Shown here one piece after another: positions 1 through 9,802 of a stretch of 64,000 bases of DNA. The DNA comes from a virus, in the IMG/VR virus record IMGVR_UViG_3300042922_000850, positions 1 through 64,000 of that record; one strand, 5' to 3'. The translations under genes were made by a program, and so were the position numbers. The stretch's first letter is position 1. Each line of letters begins with the position of its first letter. Below the pieces are notes generated by a model that did not search any database, was not told the origin of the DNA, and saw only the letters and a program-made list of their open reading frames with translations.

Positions 1-433
1 CTGCGCTTGCTACTGTGCCCATTCCAGAAATTGCTGCGTTTGTCATTCTTCCTGCATGGTCCTGAAGCATCATATTTTTAGTTTCGGGGGAAATATTTGA
101 GCTTGGGAAAAAGGTATCCATAAACCCGTAATTTGATCCGTTGCCAGAAAGGCTTCTTGCTTGTGCTCGGAATTGCTGTGCTGAAGACTGTACATTAGAC
201 ATAGGGTTCCATGTTTGGGCCATATACTGCGGAGCATATGACCCATACGGATTTATATTGGTCTGGCCGCCAATAGAAGAGCCTCCAACAGGTGAGCCTT
301 TTATATTTTGTTGCCTTTGCAAATTAAGTTGCTCTGCTTGCTGCATTGTCATATCGTTCATTTTTTGAACCGATTGTTTTTGTAGGGAAACCAGTTCATT
401 TAATGTATTTAACAATGAATTATCCATTTCCAT
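1..433 (-). CDS. N-terminal part of probable tape measure protein (runs off window)
   Basis: ATG at 433 after GGAGAGGG RBS (MEMDNSLLNTLNELVSLQKQ...), reading toward the window edge; directly follows tail chaperone pair. Confidence 0.55.
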   Translation of the reverse strand, partial: MEMDNSLLNTLNELVSLQKQSVQKMNDMTMQQAEQLNLQRQQNIKGSPVGGSSIGGQTNINPYGSYAPQYMAQTWNPMSNVQSSAQQFRAQARSLSGNGSNYGFMDTFFPSSNISPETKNMMLQDHAGRMTNAAISGMGTVASA

Positions 434-1052
434 GATTTTCACCCTCTCCTGTCAAGGTTATTTTGCCTTTATTTTTCCGACTTGTTTTGGGGACAATTTT
501 AATACTTGGCATATCTATAGTCGTCGTTTTTTCCACTGCTTTTTCTGGGCTCATCTGTATAAAACGTCTGTTCTTATCTTTTAAACTACCCTTACTAAAT
601 TTAGGGAGTACGAATTTGTTTTGATTAATAACAGCTGCCGGGACTATAATTGTATCCGGTACAGTGTCATAATCTCTCCTCATAATCTCTTCAAGTGCTT
701 TTTCATCAGTGATGTCAACATTATTTATTGTAGGAGCGTTACTACCATCAGTTTTTTTCTTGCTGTCGCTTGGCAATAACTTTTCTCTTATTTCGTTTCT
801 GCGCTTAGACTTCATTTCAATAAATTCTTTTGCTATCTTTGGATTTATCACCATTGCCAAAGTTTCAATATCTTCTGCTAACATGCTCTGCAATAAAATT
901 TGGTTCTGTATTTCTTGTTTTCTTAACTCAGAACGATATTTTTTTATTGCTCTGTATTGAAAATTCCATTGTATTGGCGTCATTTTCTGGAAGCGCTCTT
1001 CCGTTATAACACCATTGGTTTCAGCAAGCACAGTCGATACAACATTACCCAA
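420..1052 (-). CDS. Tail assembly chaperone, frameshifted C-terminal part (gpT-like)
   Basis: In the -1 frame of 1061..1522, open through the A AAT TTT heptamer; its own TTG start lacks a clear RBS. Confidence 0.7.
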   Translation of the reverse strand: MGNVVSTVLAETNGVITEERFQKMTPIQWNFQYRAIKKYRSELRKQEIQNQILLQSMLAEDIETLAMVINPKIAKEFIEMKSKRRNEIREKLLPSDSKKKTDGSNAPTINNVDITDEKALEEIMRRDYDTVPDTIIVPAAVINQNKFVLPKFSKGSLKDKNRRFIQMSPEKAVEKTTTIDMPSIKIVPKTSRKNKGKITLTGEGENHGNG

Positions 1053-1060
1053 TGGTGTAT

Positions 1061-1522
1061 CTAAAAATTTTCAATATTCTTCACGGTTTCTTCTGCATTA
1101 GAATAAAGATGATTTTGCTTATCTACAATTTCGATATATGCTTCATATGCCTTTTGTATAACATACGCTGACATACTTAAAAGTTGTCGGTATAATTTTG
1201 ATCTCCTTTTAGCGATTTCATCTTTATTCCATCCCTCTTTATCTACTGACATACCATTAATAGATAAGATTGCCTGGGAGAGAATACTTGCTGATCGGAC
1301 TTTTACAACAATGTCATTGGGCACATTGCGATCCATGAGCATTATAGATTCAGCGGTCAAGAGCTCCCCGGTGTTTAAGGCCTTAAGCTTTATTGTAAAA
1401 CCCGGCACAATTTGCTTTTCATCTTCAACATGACCTTTCTTGATAAAGTTATTGAAGAATAGGTCTAGATCATCTGTTTGTTCAAAGTCTTTTGCGTCTT
1501 CTGCTATATTTTTGTCATTCAT
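1061..1522 (-). CDS. Tail assembly chaperone (gpG-like)
   Basis: Between tube and tape measure; strong RBS AAGGAGGA; slippery heptamer just before stop. Confidence 0.7.
   Translation of the reverse strand: MNDKNIAEDAKDFEQTDDLDLFFNNFIKKGHVEDEKQIVPGFTIKLKALNTGELLTAESIMLMDRNVPNDIVVKVRSASILSQAILSINGMSVDKEGWNKDEIAKRRSKLYRQLLSMSAYVIQKAYEAYIEIVDKQNHLYSNAEETVKNIENF
1064..1070 (-). other. Programmed -1 frameshift slippery site A AAT TTT
   Basis: X XXY YYZ heptamer in frame at ...E-N-F-stop; -1 frame continues LDTPLGNVV into 420..1052. Confidence 0.8.
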
Positions 1523-1577
1523 TTTTTGTTAATCCTCCTTTTTATTTCTACTCTTATTATATATGAGATTAGTGGGA

Positions 1578-1641
1578 AAATAAAATAAAAAATAACTCTC
1601 CTCGGACGTGCCAGACAGGAGAGTTATTTTTTATTTTATTT
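1578..1641 (-). terminator. Intrinsic terminator after tail tube gene
   Basis: ~25-bp inverted repeat with A/T tails. Confidence 0.75.
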
Positions 1642-2254
1642 ATGCTACAGGATTGCTTGCACTGGTACCTGCTGCTGCAGAATAATTAGTTACGTGTTGA
1701 TACATAACATTTACATTTTCAGCAACGATGATTTGACCAGAATTGATGCTCTCATTTCTAGCCTGTAACCAGCAAGTGCTGAACAATCTGGTATAGACAG
1801 CAGTACTTGCTTGATCGTAATAAGTGATTAGCAAATCCATAGGGATTGTTACATCTCTTAATGATCTTTTCCAACCACTCATTTGCATGTTTCCATCTAC
1901 AATATCATCAGTCGGAGCATAAAATAAGTTGGTTAAATCTATGCCGGCGATAAGAATTCGTGAAATAGAAATCTGACCGGTTGTTCTTCCAGGAATTAAA
2001 TACGGGATATCAGAGCCAAGTTCAAAAATTTGTTCGATCTGTTTTTGTTCTGACCAGTTGTATCCTTGAATAACACCTATTTTGGAGAAAATCGCATCAG
2101 CACCGGCTGCCGCAACCTTTGTAGGTCTAGCGTAAATAATACATCTTGCTGCGGACAAGAAGTTCTTATCAGTTAAATTAGTTACATGTGAGTCGTGGTA
2201 ACCCCATACGGAATCAACACCATCAACGCCGCTTGTTACTGTAACGTCTGCCAT
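1640..2254 (-). CDS. Tail tube protein
   Basis: Follows sheath; tube-like IGxIQ...IFELGS...IPG...GQISISR pattern. Confidence 0.75.
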   Translation of the reverse strand: MADVTVTSGVDGVDSVWGYHDSHVTNLTDKNFLSAARCIIYARPTKVAAAGADAIFSKIGVIQGYNWSEQKQIEQIFELGSDIPYLIPGRTTGQISISRILIAGIDLTNLFYAPTDDIVDGNMQMSGWKRSLRDVTIPMDLLITYYDQASTAVYTRLFSTCWLQARNESINSGQIIVAENVNVMYQHVTNYSAAAGTSASNPVA

Positions 2255-2301
2255 TATTATTCACCTCTCTCTTTCAGATTTTAAATATCACTATTCCTGG
2301 A

Positions 2302-3702
2302 TTAATCCAGGAATAGTGTAATCTCAATATAATTGCAAGGATAAGGGGGTTTCACACGAACGCTAATGAGTAATGTATCAGGATTAGCTTCGTCTTGCGC
2401 CATATTCGCAATGGTGCCAGTTGTGATAACTTTCTCTTTTTTCAATTGATACATTGCACTGTCCAAAGTACCCTGAATTCTTGCGATTGTCTCTCCGGTA
2501 ATATTGTACTTACCGATGTATTGTTCACAGATTCCTCTTAGATACTTCGCAACGTAGTCACCAATCATGACAATGGAGTTTTCCTTTGTCTGAACACTGG
2601 TCATATCAGTCGTTACTTGATGTCTAATTGTAATACTTGTTCCGGGGCCGTTTGGTTGAACTAAGATCATAACACCTTTTTCAGCAAGCATATTCATTTG
2701 CTTTCTGGTCATTTTAATACCTTTTAAGGTATTAAAAACTTTGATCTCGGCTCTTGTTTTAGAACGGTCTGTGGGCAATGCAGATTCAACGCCTGCATAT
2801 GCAGCTGCAATAAACGGTGCATCTAACTCATGATAATTGCCATCGCTCATTAATTTTGTTGCGGTATCCGGATAAGGAACAGAGATTCTCTTAAATGCTT
2901 TACTTGCTGCATAACCACCTACGGCTTCGTAAACATCATTAAAGTCTGTCGGAGCGGTTGCAAAAGGAGCACCGTATACGGTAGTTCTCTCTTTTCTTTC
3001 TTCGTAAGAAGAGCACTCTTCAACATGAGCATCAATTGCACTGTTAATATCTGCGCCGGCGTCAGCAGGAACGATACGCCATACGTTCGGCAGAAAACGT
3101 GCATGTTTATCAAGCGCAGCCTTGTATTCTACTGCTGTTACATTGCCGGTTGTTTCATTGGGGGCAACTTGGAGCATATAGATTGCTGGCGCTCCAGCTT
3201 CTAACATAATTCTGCCGGCTACAGATATTCTGTTAATTGGAGCAATGCCGGTTCCGGGATCTGGTTCATTTTCCTTAAATTCCGGTCCGTAGTATTGGTC
3301 TATCTCTTCATCAAGGAAAATGAGACGGGGCTCATACTGGTCCTCTGTCACTTTATAAGTATAAGTAACATAGTAGGCTTCTCCGACAGCGGGTTTATTC
3401 ACTGCTGAAGTCTCCCAAGAAATAAAATTCTCGCCTGTATTATGAATAAAATCCTTAACGTCCAGGTCAACCGTTTCAAAATACGTTGGCTTTCTGGTTG
3501 TTGTGCCAACCGCCAGAATAGTTTCTGCATTTGCAGGTAAATAATCGAGATTACCTGAAGCAGCTCTCGTGATAACGTCAGTTCTTTTCGCTATCTTCGC
3601 ACCGCTACCAATAACCATAGGGATTAACATTGGCGTTGATCCAGCGGCAAGTTTTGCATTTGTAACAAGATTCAGGTATACACCAGGCTCTTTGTACGAC
3701 AT
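2302..3702 (-). CDS. Tail sheath protein
   Basis: N-terminal YKEPGVY; C-terminal IRHQVTT...PPYPCNYIEITL. Confidence 0.9.
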   Translation of the reverse strand: MSYKEPGVYLNLVTNAKLAAGSTPMLIPMVIGSGAKIAKRTDVITRAASGNLDYLPANAETILAVGTTTRKPTYFETVDLDVKDFIHNTGENFISWETSAVNKPAVGEAYYVTYTYKVTEDQYEPRLIFLDEEIDQYYGPEFKENEPDPGTGIAPINRISVAGRIMLEAGAPAIYMLQVAPNETTGNVTAVEYKAALDKHARFLPNVWRIVPADAGADINSAIDAHVEECSSYEERKERTTVYGAPFATAPTDFNDVYEAVGGYAASKAFKRISVPYPDTATKLMSDGNYHELDAPFIAAAYAGVESALPTDRSKTRAEIKVFNTLKGIKMTRKQMNMLAEKGVMILVQPNGPGTSITIRHQVTTDMTSVQTKENSIVMIGDYVAKYLRGICEQYIGKYNITGETIARIQGTLDSAMYQLKKEKVITTGTIANMAQDEANPDTLLISVRVKPPYPCNYIEITLFLD

Positions 3703-3738
3703 AATTTATCCACCTCTTTCTTTTAGAATCAATTTATT

Positions 3739-4365
3739 TTATTTGTTGTCAACGGAAACTCTTATGGAAGTAAATGCCTTGCCTAATTTATTTATTGGCT
3801 TAGATACATTTCCTTCTAGATAATCAAATGGTGTTTCCTCCACTTGTAGTGTCAGCGATCCCTGCACCAAAATTGGTGTCTGAAATATTTTTTCAGGATA
3901 TTGCTCTTTTGGAGAACTAGGATTTTTTGCAACGCCACGGATATTTAACATTAAACTATCTGACATATACTTGAAAGCCCTGTAGTTTAAATAATAGAAA
4001 ACTCTATTCGCTAAATTCCTGCTGATATCATCTCGACCTAAACAAATTAGAGAAATGGAATATGGTACTTGCGACATATATAAGCTTGAGTAATTCTGTA
4101 TTCCATTCATTGCAACGTCTCGATAGAAATTATTGTTAAATCCAAACCCCGTATCATTTTGAAATCCAATGCCAGATACAACAATGTGTGGAGTTCTAAA
4201 TGGCTGCTCCTCTGATGGGAACTCAGTGGTGACTACTAATTTTGTCTGACTGTCACTATTATTATACATAAATTCATTATCAAATTCAAATATTCTTTTC
4301 AACCCTTTAACGTATCTTGCTTCAAGATCTCTTTCGATATCTGTATAGCTCATATTTTCAATCAC
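3739..4365 (-). CDS. Putative tail completion/terminator protein
   Basis: Position upstream of sheath and size. Confidence 0.45.
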   Translation of the reverse strand: MIENMSYTDIERDLEARYVKGLKRIFEFDNEFMYNNSDSQTKLVVTTEFPSEEQPFRTPHIVVSGIGFQNDTGFGFNNNFYRDVAMNGIQNYSSLYMSQVPYSISLICLGRDDISRNLANRVFYYLNYRAFKYMSDSLMLNIRGVAKNPSSPKEQYPEKIFQTPILVQGSLTLQVEETPFDYLEGNVSKPINKLGKAFTSIRVSVDNK

Positions 4366-5169
4366 CTACATTCTCAGAGCATCCAAGCCAACGGGGATAT
4401 TATAAATAATACTGGTTTTTGGCGCCATTGTTGCTTGAACTGTCTGCCTAATTAAATAGAAGTTCTTATAACTTGGTTGCCAGGAGTTAACGATATATCT
4501 GTTATTATTGATGTCTATCAGTATATCGTCATTCTGAATTAATGGATAGTTTATGGTCCACAAAGAAATCGGTGCCTTCTTCTCGCCCACCCCAGACATT
4601 GAAAAATCTTGCATTTGCCCGGGAGCATTTAAAAAGACAGTTTGAATAATTTGCGGTTCATAATACCCTCCGGTATAATTTGTTCCGAAGCAAAAGTTAC
4701 AATCTGCTAATTGCGATTTTTTTCTGACATCGTCATAACATACGGTGCAATGCTGTCCTTCATGTTTTCTACTCAATAAAATCATTTTGCGGTTGTTGAT
4801 AGCTGTTTCTAAGTGAATTTTGTATAATTCGATTAGATAATAGGCTTCTTTGTCTGGCTCCATATTCTCCAAACTGAAAACTTCTGAAAAATGAGCCTCC
4901 CCGGTTTGGCGAAGAGTTATCTCGGCCTTATAAAAATAATGAGTGGATAGGTTTTTTAAGTTCACACCGTAATCTAAAAATGTCATCTTTGTGATGTCTG
5001 TTTTCAACAAAGAAAAGTTATCCGTTGAATTGTTCGATTTATACAAATCAATTTTGTATGCCGCAATATCTTCCGAGGTATCATTTAGAATAATCTTACC
5101 ATAAATGAAATCTACGCCGTATTGCGATGAAAGTTGGATTTCCTTTATGCTGATCATAATTAAAACCAC
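4366..5169 (-). CDS. Putative neck/head-closure protein with zinc-finger-like motif
   Basis: CTVC...CNFCFGT..TGGY; head-tail region. Confidence 0.5.
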   Translation of the reverse strand: MVLIMISIKEIQLSSQYGVDFIYGKIILNDTSEDIAAYKIDLYKSNNSTDNFSLLKTDITKMTFLDYGVNLKNLSTHYFYKAEITLRQTGEAHFSEVFSLENMEPDKEAYYLIELYKIHLETAINNRKMILLSRKHEGQHCTVCYDDVRKKSQLADCNFCFGTNYTGGYYEPQIIQTVFLNAPGQMQDFSMSGVGEKKAPISLWTINYPLIQNDDILIDINNNRYIVNSWQPSYKNFYLIRQTVQATMAPKTSIIYNIPVGLDALRM

Positions 5170-5678
5170 CTATATCCAAATTCTGAAGACACCCCTACAA
5201 AGCCAGAATTTGCACTCTTAGGAATAATTCCGGATTTGAATTCTTTCTTATCATTCAAATATTGTTGCAGGAAGAAACTCGCCCAACCTTGGTAAGCTCC
5301 GGTTTTGTTAAACAAAGCTATACTTAGCCCAGAATCGCTGTAATCCATTTGGTTTCTTATCTGTAGAATGCCTTCTGCCATGAGAGCAAATACTATGGCT
5401 CCCGTTACAATTAAATCAGAATCACCTCTCTGATATAATGTAAATATGGTAAAGTTTGTTTTTGGAGCTCCGCCATTTAAATCACTGAGTGCCATCTTGA
5501 AAAACCCAATAATCTTATCGTCAGAATATTGTTGAGACTTCTTGTTAAGAATATTCTTTTGAGGGTCGTCATCAGCCATTCTCGCACGAAAATCAACAAT
5601 TATTTCTTGCAGCGTTTGTTTTTCTTCCTGCGTATAATTTCCATTTATCTGATAAACCTTTTTCATTATAAGGGGCAT
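5160..5678 (-). CDS. Putative head-tail adaptor
   Basis: Synteny; helical 172-aa protein. Confidence 0.45.
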   Translation of the reverse strand: MPLIMKKVYQINGNYTQEEKQTLQEIIVDFRARMADDDPQKNILNKKSQQYSDDKIIGFFKMALSDLNGGAPKTNFTIFTLYQRGDSDLIVTGAIVFALMAEGILQIRNQMDYSDSGLSIALFNKTGAYQGWASFFLQQYLNDKKEFKSGIIPKSANSGFVGVSSEFGYRWF

Positions 5679-5679
5679 A

Positions 5680-6513
5680 TTAGCTCACCGTCCTTTGCAC
5701 ACCAATAGGAGTGTATCCGTCTTTTTCAAATACGAAATAATATTTATTTGGTTTCAAAACAAGTGACCACCCACCATTAATATCTGATGCTGTTTGTGAT
5801 ATTAGATCTTTCGTAATTAAATCATAGACGGATATCTTAACACCCGGTAACGGATTTTGTGATTCTGTTGTAATCGTCCCATCTGTACCATCTAATGACT
5901 TGAATGTTTTATTTGTAAGAATAACCGGTGGTACATTGTCCGCGTTCGTTGTCGCTTGAACCATCATTAACATTTCATTGGCATCATCAAGAATAGTGAT
6001 ATAGTATTTACTCTCTTCATCAAGAATGACAGAGTAAACCGATATACTACCCTCGATTAAGGTCATAGGAAGATAAATAGAGGATGCCTCCCACGCAGAT
6101 CCGTTCCAATACATATTGTTTAATTCTTTGCATATCTTAACATACGGCACAGTGGATATGTTGGTTAACGGGTATTTGATTGTAAATTCACTGCCGACCA
6201 TCCATTGATAGGACACAAAGTCTTCAGCATATACCTCAACTGTCTCTGTCTTGGAAACCTGATATTCATCAGACTTCGCAACAATTTCGTACAGATCAGC
6301 TGTGTCTGGAGTGAAAACATATTGGTATACGCCATCCATCACATGCTCAAGATAAATCCGGAATTCTAAACCGCCCCACGATATCCCATTCCAATAAGTG
6401 CTCTGTCCTACGTTTTTGATAATAACATAAGGGGAATCGTTTGTTATCCTTACTCCATTAATATCCGTTACTAATAACGATATATTGTGATTGCTGCCAA
6501 GTTTGATAAACAT
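5680..6513 (-). CDS. Virion protein with two repeated beta domains and a C-terminal Ig/carboxypeptidase-regulatory-like domain
   Basis: Repeated PYV.I...YWNG..W; C-terminal PLPGVKISVY...SDINGGWSL...YYFVFEKDGY. Confidence 0.5.
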   Translation of the reverse strand: MFIKLGSNHNISLLVTDINGVRITNDSPYVIIKNVGQSTYWNGISWGGLEFRIYLEHVMDGVYQYVFTPDTADLYEIVAKSDEYQVSKTETVEVYAEDFVSYQWMVGSEFTIKYPLTNISTVPYVKICKELNNMYWNGSAWEASSIYLPMTLIEGSISVYSVILDEESKYYITILDDANEMLMMVQATTNADNVPPVILTNKTFKSLDGTDGTITTESQNPLPGVKISVYDLITKDLISQTASDINGGWSLVLKPNKYYFVFEKDGYTPIGVQRTVS

Positions 6514-6528
6514 GTTTTAGTCACCTAC

Positions 6529-7125
6529 TTACATGATAATTGATTTTGCTAATTCGACGGTAGTTTCTTTAAAATCTGCTTCGTTTTTGATTACATGATT
6601 TAAAATTTCACGAGACACAGAGAGACTTTTAATTGCAGCATTTTGCGCTCTAGTGCCCATAGCAATAAATTTATCTAATTCTGTAACTATATCCTCATCG
6701 TCTTTGAGAATTTGTGGAACTTCAACTTCTGGAACTTCAGTAACAGGAACTTCAACTTCTGGAACTTCAGTAACAGGAACTTCAACTTCTGGAACTTCAG
6801 CAACAGGAACTTCAGCAACAGGAACTTCAGTAACAGGAACTTCAGTAACAGGAACTTCAGCAACAGGAACTTCAGCAACTTCGGTTAATACAACTGCAGG
6901 TGCAGGGATAACAACTTTTCTGCCGTTCGCTTCTAAAAATTGTTGATAGTTATGTTTAATGATTTGGAACCATCCATTTGATTGCGCCTTTTCTAATTTT
7001 AAAAATACATCCTCTGTAACATCGGTTGTTGCAACGTTATTTGGAGTAAATGTCTTACCTCCAATAATTGTTCCTTTTGAATCTTTTCCTTTGTATAAAC
7101 CTGTTAATGTAACTTCCTTCATCAT
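6529..7125 (-). CDS. Hypothetical protein with (A/T)EVPV / EVPEV repeats
   Basis: Good RBS; low-complexity central repeat. Confidence 0.7.
   Translation of the reverse strand: MMKEVTLTGLYKGKDSKGTIIGGKTFTPNNVATTDVTEDVFLKLEKAQSNGWFQIIKHNYQQFLEANGRKVVIPAPAVVLTEVAEVPVAEVPVTEVPVTEVPVAEVPVAEVPEVEVPVTEVPEVEVPVTEVPEVEVPQILKDDEDIVTELDKFIAMGTRAQNAAIKSLSVSREILNHVIKNEADFKETTVELAKSIIM
6715..6882. repeat. Tandem 15/30-bp coding repeat (ACAGGAACTTCAG core)
   Basis: Repeated ggaacttca units visible directly. Confidence 0.9.
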
Positions 7126-7164
7126 AAAAATAAATCCTCCTTTTTTATTGTCTTAAAACAAAAT

Positions 7165-7190
7165 GGGTGGGACTTTTAAAAGTCCCACCC
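7165..7190. terminator. 26-bp perfect palindrome after capsid gene
   Basis: gggtgggactttt|aaaagtcccaccc. Confidence 0.7.
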
Positions 7191-7207
7191 TTATTATAAA
7201 GAATATT

Positions 7208-8248
7208 TTACTTTCCTTCAAGAGAACCAAATCCAACTGCCGGGGAACCGTCTCTAGCCATTACGCTATCGCCAGAAGCAAATTTGATCTTGTCGTCACC
7301 TACTGCGAAGTCAAGGATTAACTTACCAACAGCTTTTTGGGATGCCATATAAATTCCTAAGAATTCAAACATGAACAAACCTTTTTCAAGCTTATTGCCG
7401 GTCTCTGTCAATCTAACAGTAAGATCTTTAAGGATAGGCATTCTGCCTACGTATTCAGCTTCAGCGAAGCAATAAACAACTTCCATTGCGATAATAGGAG
7501 AAGTGATTAACTTCACATTACCCCAAATAGAATACTTAACGCCAGTTTCTAACATCTCTCTTTGTGTTAACTGATCGATCTCTGATGTAGCCCAATCAAG
7601 AACATCATCAAGTCTAGCAGGGTTCATTACGAAAGATGCCAAAGGAACGTTATGCTGAGAAAGAGTCTTCTTAAGATTTACTAAGTGAGTCTTTTTCAAG
7701 CTAGTATCTGCAGTCGTAACAATCTGAGCTGCATTAGAAGGAGCTTTCTTATCAACGGATGTGCCGATAAGTAATCTTTCTACAAGGTCAAGGATTTTTG
7801 TATCCTCTGCCTTTGCAACAGACTGACCAGAAAGTTCTCTAACTCTTTCAAGATAGTTGTATTTCTGAGTCAATAATCTCTTCAGGCCGATTGTTGTATC
7901 GTCAGAAGTGATTGTCATGATTGCAACGTTTACGCCGTCACCCTCAATCTGGTATCTCGGAACTTGCATATCAGCACCGTAGAAACAAGCGTGAGAATTC
8001 ATATCCTTAGGATAGTATACATAATCCTCACCATCGATAGGGTGTAATTCTTCACTTGTTACATTATGAGCTACAAGAATTTGACGGCCAAAAGCCTCAT
8101 AATCTCTTGTTTCTCTGATGAACGGAGGAAGCTTTTCTAAAGCGATCTTCTCAAGTCCACCGGGCATATCTAATAATCTTGCTATGTTAAAATCAGCACT
8201 AGCAGTTTCAGCAGCGGTTTTAATAGCTAACATATAGTTGCTCACCAT
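7208..8248 (-). CDS. Major capsid protein
   Basis: 346 aa after protease/scaffold/decoration genes; KAED..I, MNP..L.D and IWG.VKLITS patterns of HK97-fold capsids; N-terminal KTA. Confidence 0.85.
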   Translation of the reverse strand: MVSNYMLAIKTAAETASADFNIARLLDMPGGLEKIALEKLPPFIRETRDYEAFGRQILVAHNVTSEELHPIDGEDYVYYPKDMNSHACFYGADMQVPRYQIEGDGVNVAIMTITSDDTTIGLKRLLTQKYNYLERVRELSGQSVAKAEDTKILDLVERLLIGTSVDKKAPSNAAQIVTTADTSLKKTHLVNLKKTLSQHNVPLASFVMNPARLDDVLDWATSEIDQLTQREMLETGVKYSIWGNVKLITSPIIAMEVVYCFAEAEYVGRMPILKDLTVRLTETGNKLEKGLFMFEFLGIYMASQKAVGKLILDFAVGDDKIKFASGDSVMARDGSPAVGFGSLEGK

Positions 8249-8266
8249 CCTTCTTTTATTATTTTA

Positions 8267-8683
8267 TTATGCGGAAAAGATTTTCAGCATTCCATCTACT
8301 GGAGCGCCTTTTGCGTAAGCAACGAGCTTATCAGCGCTGTCCGTTGCAGATGCCCAAGGTGTTAAGATACCACCGGCCATAACTTTTAATGGAGTTATTA
8401 CTGCGGTATAAGTTCCTGTGGGGTCAAATTGATCGGTAGCTAATCTAAATGCTCCGTGTAAGAAAGGAATTTTCTTAACCGGAACACCGCTTACCTGGTC
8501 TCTGCCAGGTCTCTTGGATCCAATTGCTAAGAATGCCTTAACGGTACCATCTGCAACTACTAACTCACCGCTAGCGTTAAATGTTACCCATTGACCTTCC
8601 TCTAAAGTTGTTACAGAATCGGATAGATATTCATCACTAACTCTGTATGCGTACTCGTCAAATCTCTGTTCAGCTTTTATCAT
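8267..8683 (-). CDS. Putative capsid decoration/cement protein
   Basis: Small beta-rich protein directly upstream of MCP. Confidence 0.6.
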   Translation of the reverse strand: MIKAEQRFDEYAYRVSDEYLSDSVTTLEEGQWVTFNASGELVVADGTVKAFLAIGSKRPGRDQVSGVPVKKIPFLHGAFRLATDQFDPTGTYTAVITPLKVMAGGILTPWASATDSADKLVAYAKGAPVDGMLKIFSA

Positions 8684-8714
8684 TCTGGGATTCCTCCTTC
8701 ATAAAAAATATAAA

Positions 8715-9782
8715 TTATTTTTTGGAACTTTCAACTACGGCTTCCTCAAGTGAATCTTCCAATGTCTTTCTATGTTCAATATTATTACTTCCTGCTAAAA
8801 AAGTCAAATCCTCAATACCGAATGCAACTTTTTCTTCTGGCTGTACATTTTGAATTGCTTGCTTAAACATAACAAAAGCATTGTGATCCATTTCTGTCAT
8901 TTCCGCAATCTTTGATTTAGAATCGGTCCTTTTTATAAGACCTTTATTTATCATCATGTCCACAACAGCTTTTGCTTCTTCGGCTTTTTCTATTGCTGAC
9001 AATTGACCATCAAGCTTTTTATTCACTTCTGCAAGCTTTAAGATATCTTCTTCCATTTCTTTTTGTTTCTTCGCAGCTATCTTCAACATATTACTAGCTT
9101 TTAGCAATAATGTTGCGTCTTCATCTGCTTTAATGGTAGATGCCGTCTTTTCTGTTGCTGGCTCTGTACTTAACGCTGCGGCTATTTTGCTTTTTAACAT
9201 TTGTCTGTATTCATTATCGTTTGCGGTACCACCCATTGCAACACCACCTTTGTTTTGATTGTTTTCAGTGGCTTTCATGATTTCTGAATTAATGTACATT
9301 GCGCCAGCTGTAGGAAGAATAGCTTTCTTTGCTTTTTCAACCGGAGCGGTTAATGCGGGCACGGAAATATGCGCCGTTTCATTCGCTACTCCATCAGGAT
9401 TTTTAGCAAATGGGATATCGTGGTCATAAACAAAAGCGTTACCCATTTTCTTTGTTACTTTATTTTTTGATAAAGTTTCATGTACTTTGCTACCGGCACG
9501 AATATCAACGTCAGTTATTTTGCGTTGTACGTTCGATAATTTTCTCTTTACAATGTCACCGACCTTTTTCTTGCCAGTCACTTTGTTTAACAACCCATTA
9601 GCTGTATCAAGAAAAATTGATCCGGATCCGCCCTTTTCATACATGATATGCCTTGCTAATTCCTCTGGGGATTTATTTGATTGAAAAACCCTGCCACCTT
9701 GTTGCAAATCGCCCAATTTCTTCACTAAATCATCAAAGCTAGATGCTTTTATTCCAGCTTCTTTAGATAGTTGTTGATGCAT
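8715..9782 (-). CDS. Scaffold-like/internal head protein with K-x-A motifs
   Basis: Coiled-coil C-terminal half; KEA, KIA, EKTAS, KLA, EKVA. Confidence 0.55.
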   Translation of the reverse strand: MHQQLSKEAGIKASSFDDLVKKLGDLQQGGRVFQSNKSPEELARHIMYEKGGSGSIFLDTANGLLNKVTGKKKVGDIVKRKLSNVQRKITDVDIRAGSKVHETLSKNKVTKKMGNAFVYDHDIPFAKNPDGVANETAHISVPALTAPVEKAKKAILPTAGAMYINSEIMKATENNQNKGGVAMGGTANDNEYRQMLKSKIAAALSTEPATEKTASTIKADEDATLLLKASNMLKIAAKKQKEMEEDILKLAEVNKKLDGQLSAIEKAEEAKAVVDMMINKGLIKRTDSKSKIAEMTEMDHNAFVMFKQAIQNVQPEEKVAFGIEDLTFLAGSNNIEHRKTLEDSLEEAVVESSKK

Positions 9783-9802
9783 AATAAATTAGCACCTCCT
9801 AT

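Noticed and set aside
6715-6882. Possible CRISPR array
   Set aside because: Contiguous in-frame coding units with no unique spacers
6653-6946. Alternative-frame ORFs (GTSTS... and LLKF... repeats)
   Set aside because: Stop-free by-products of the 15-bp tandem repeat; no RBS
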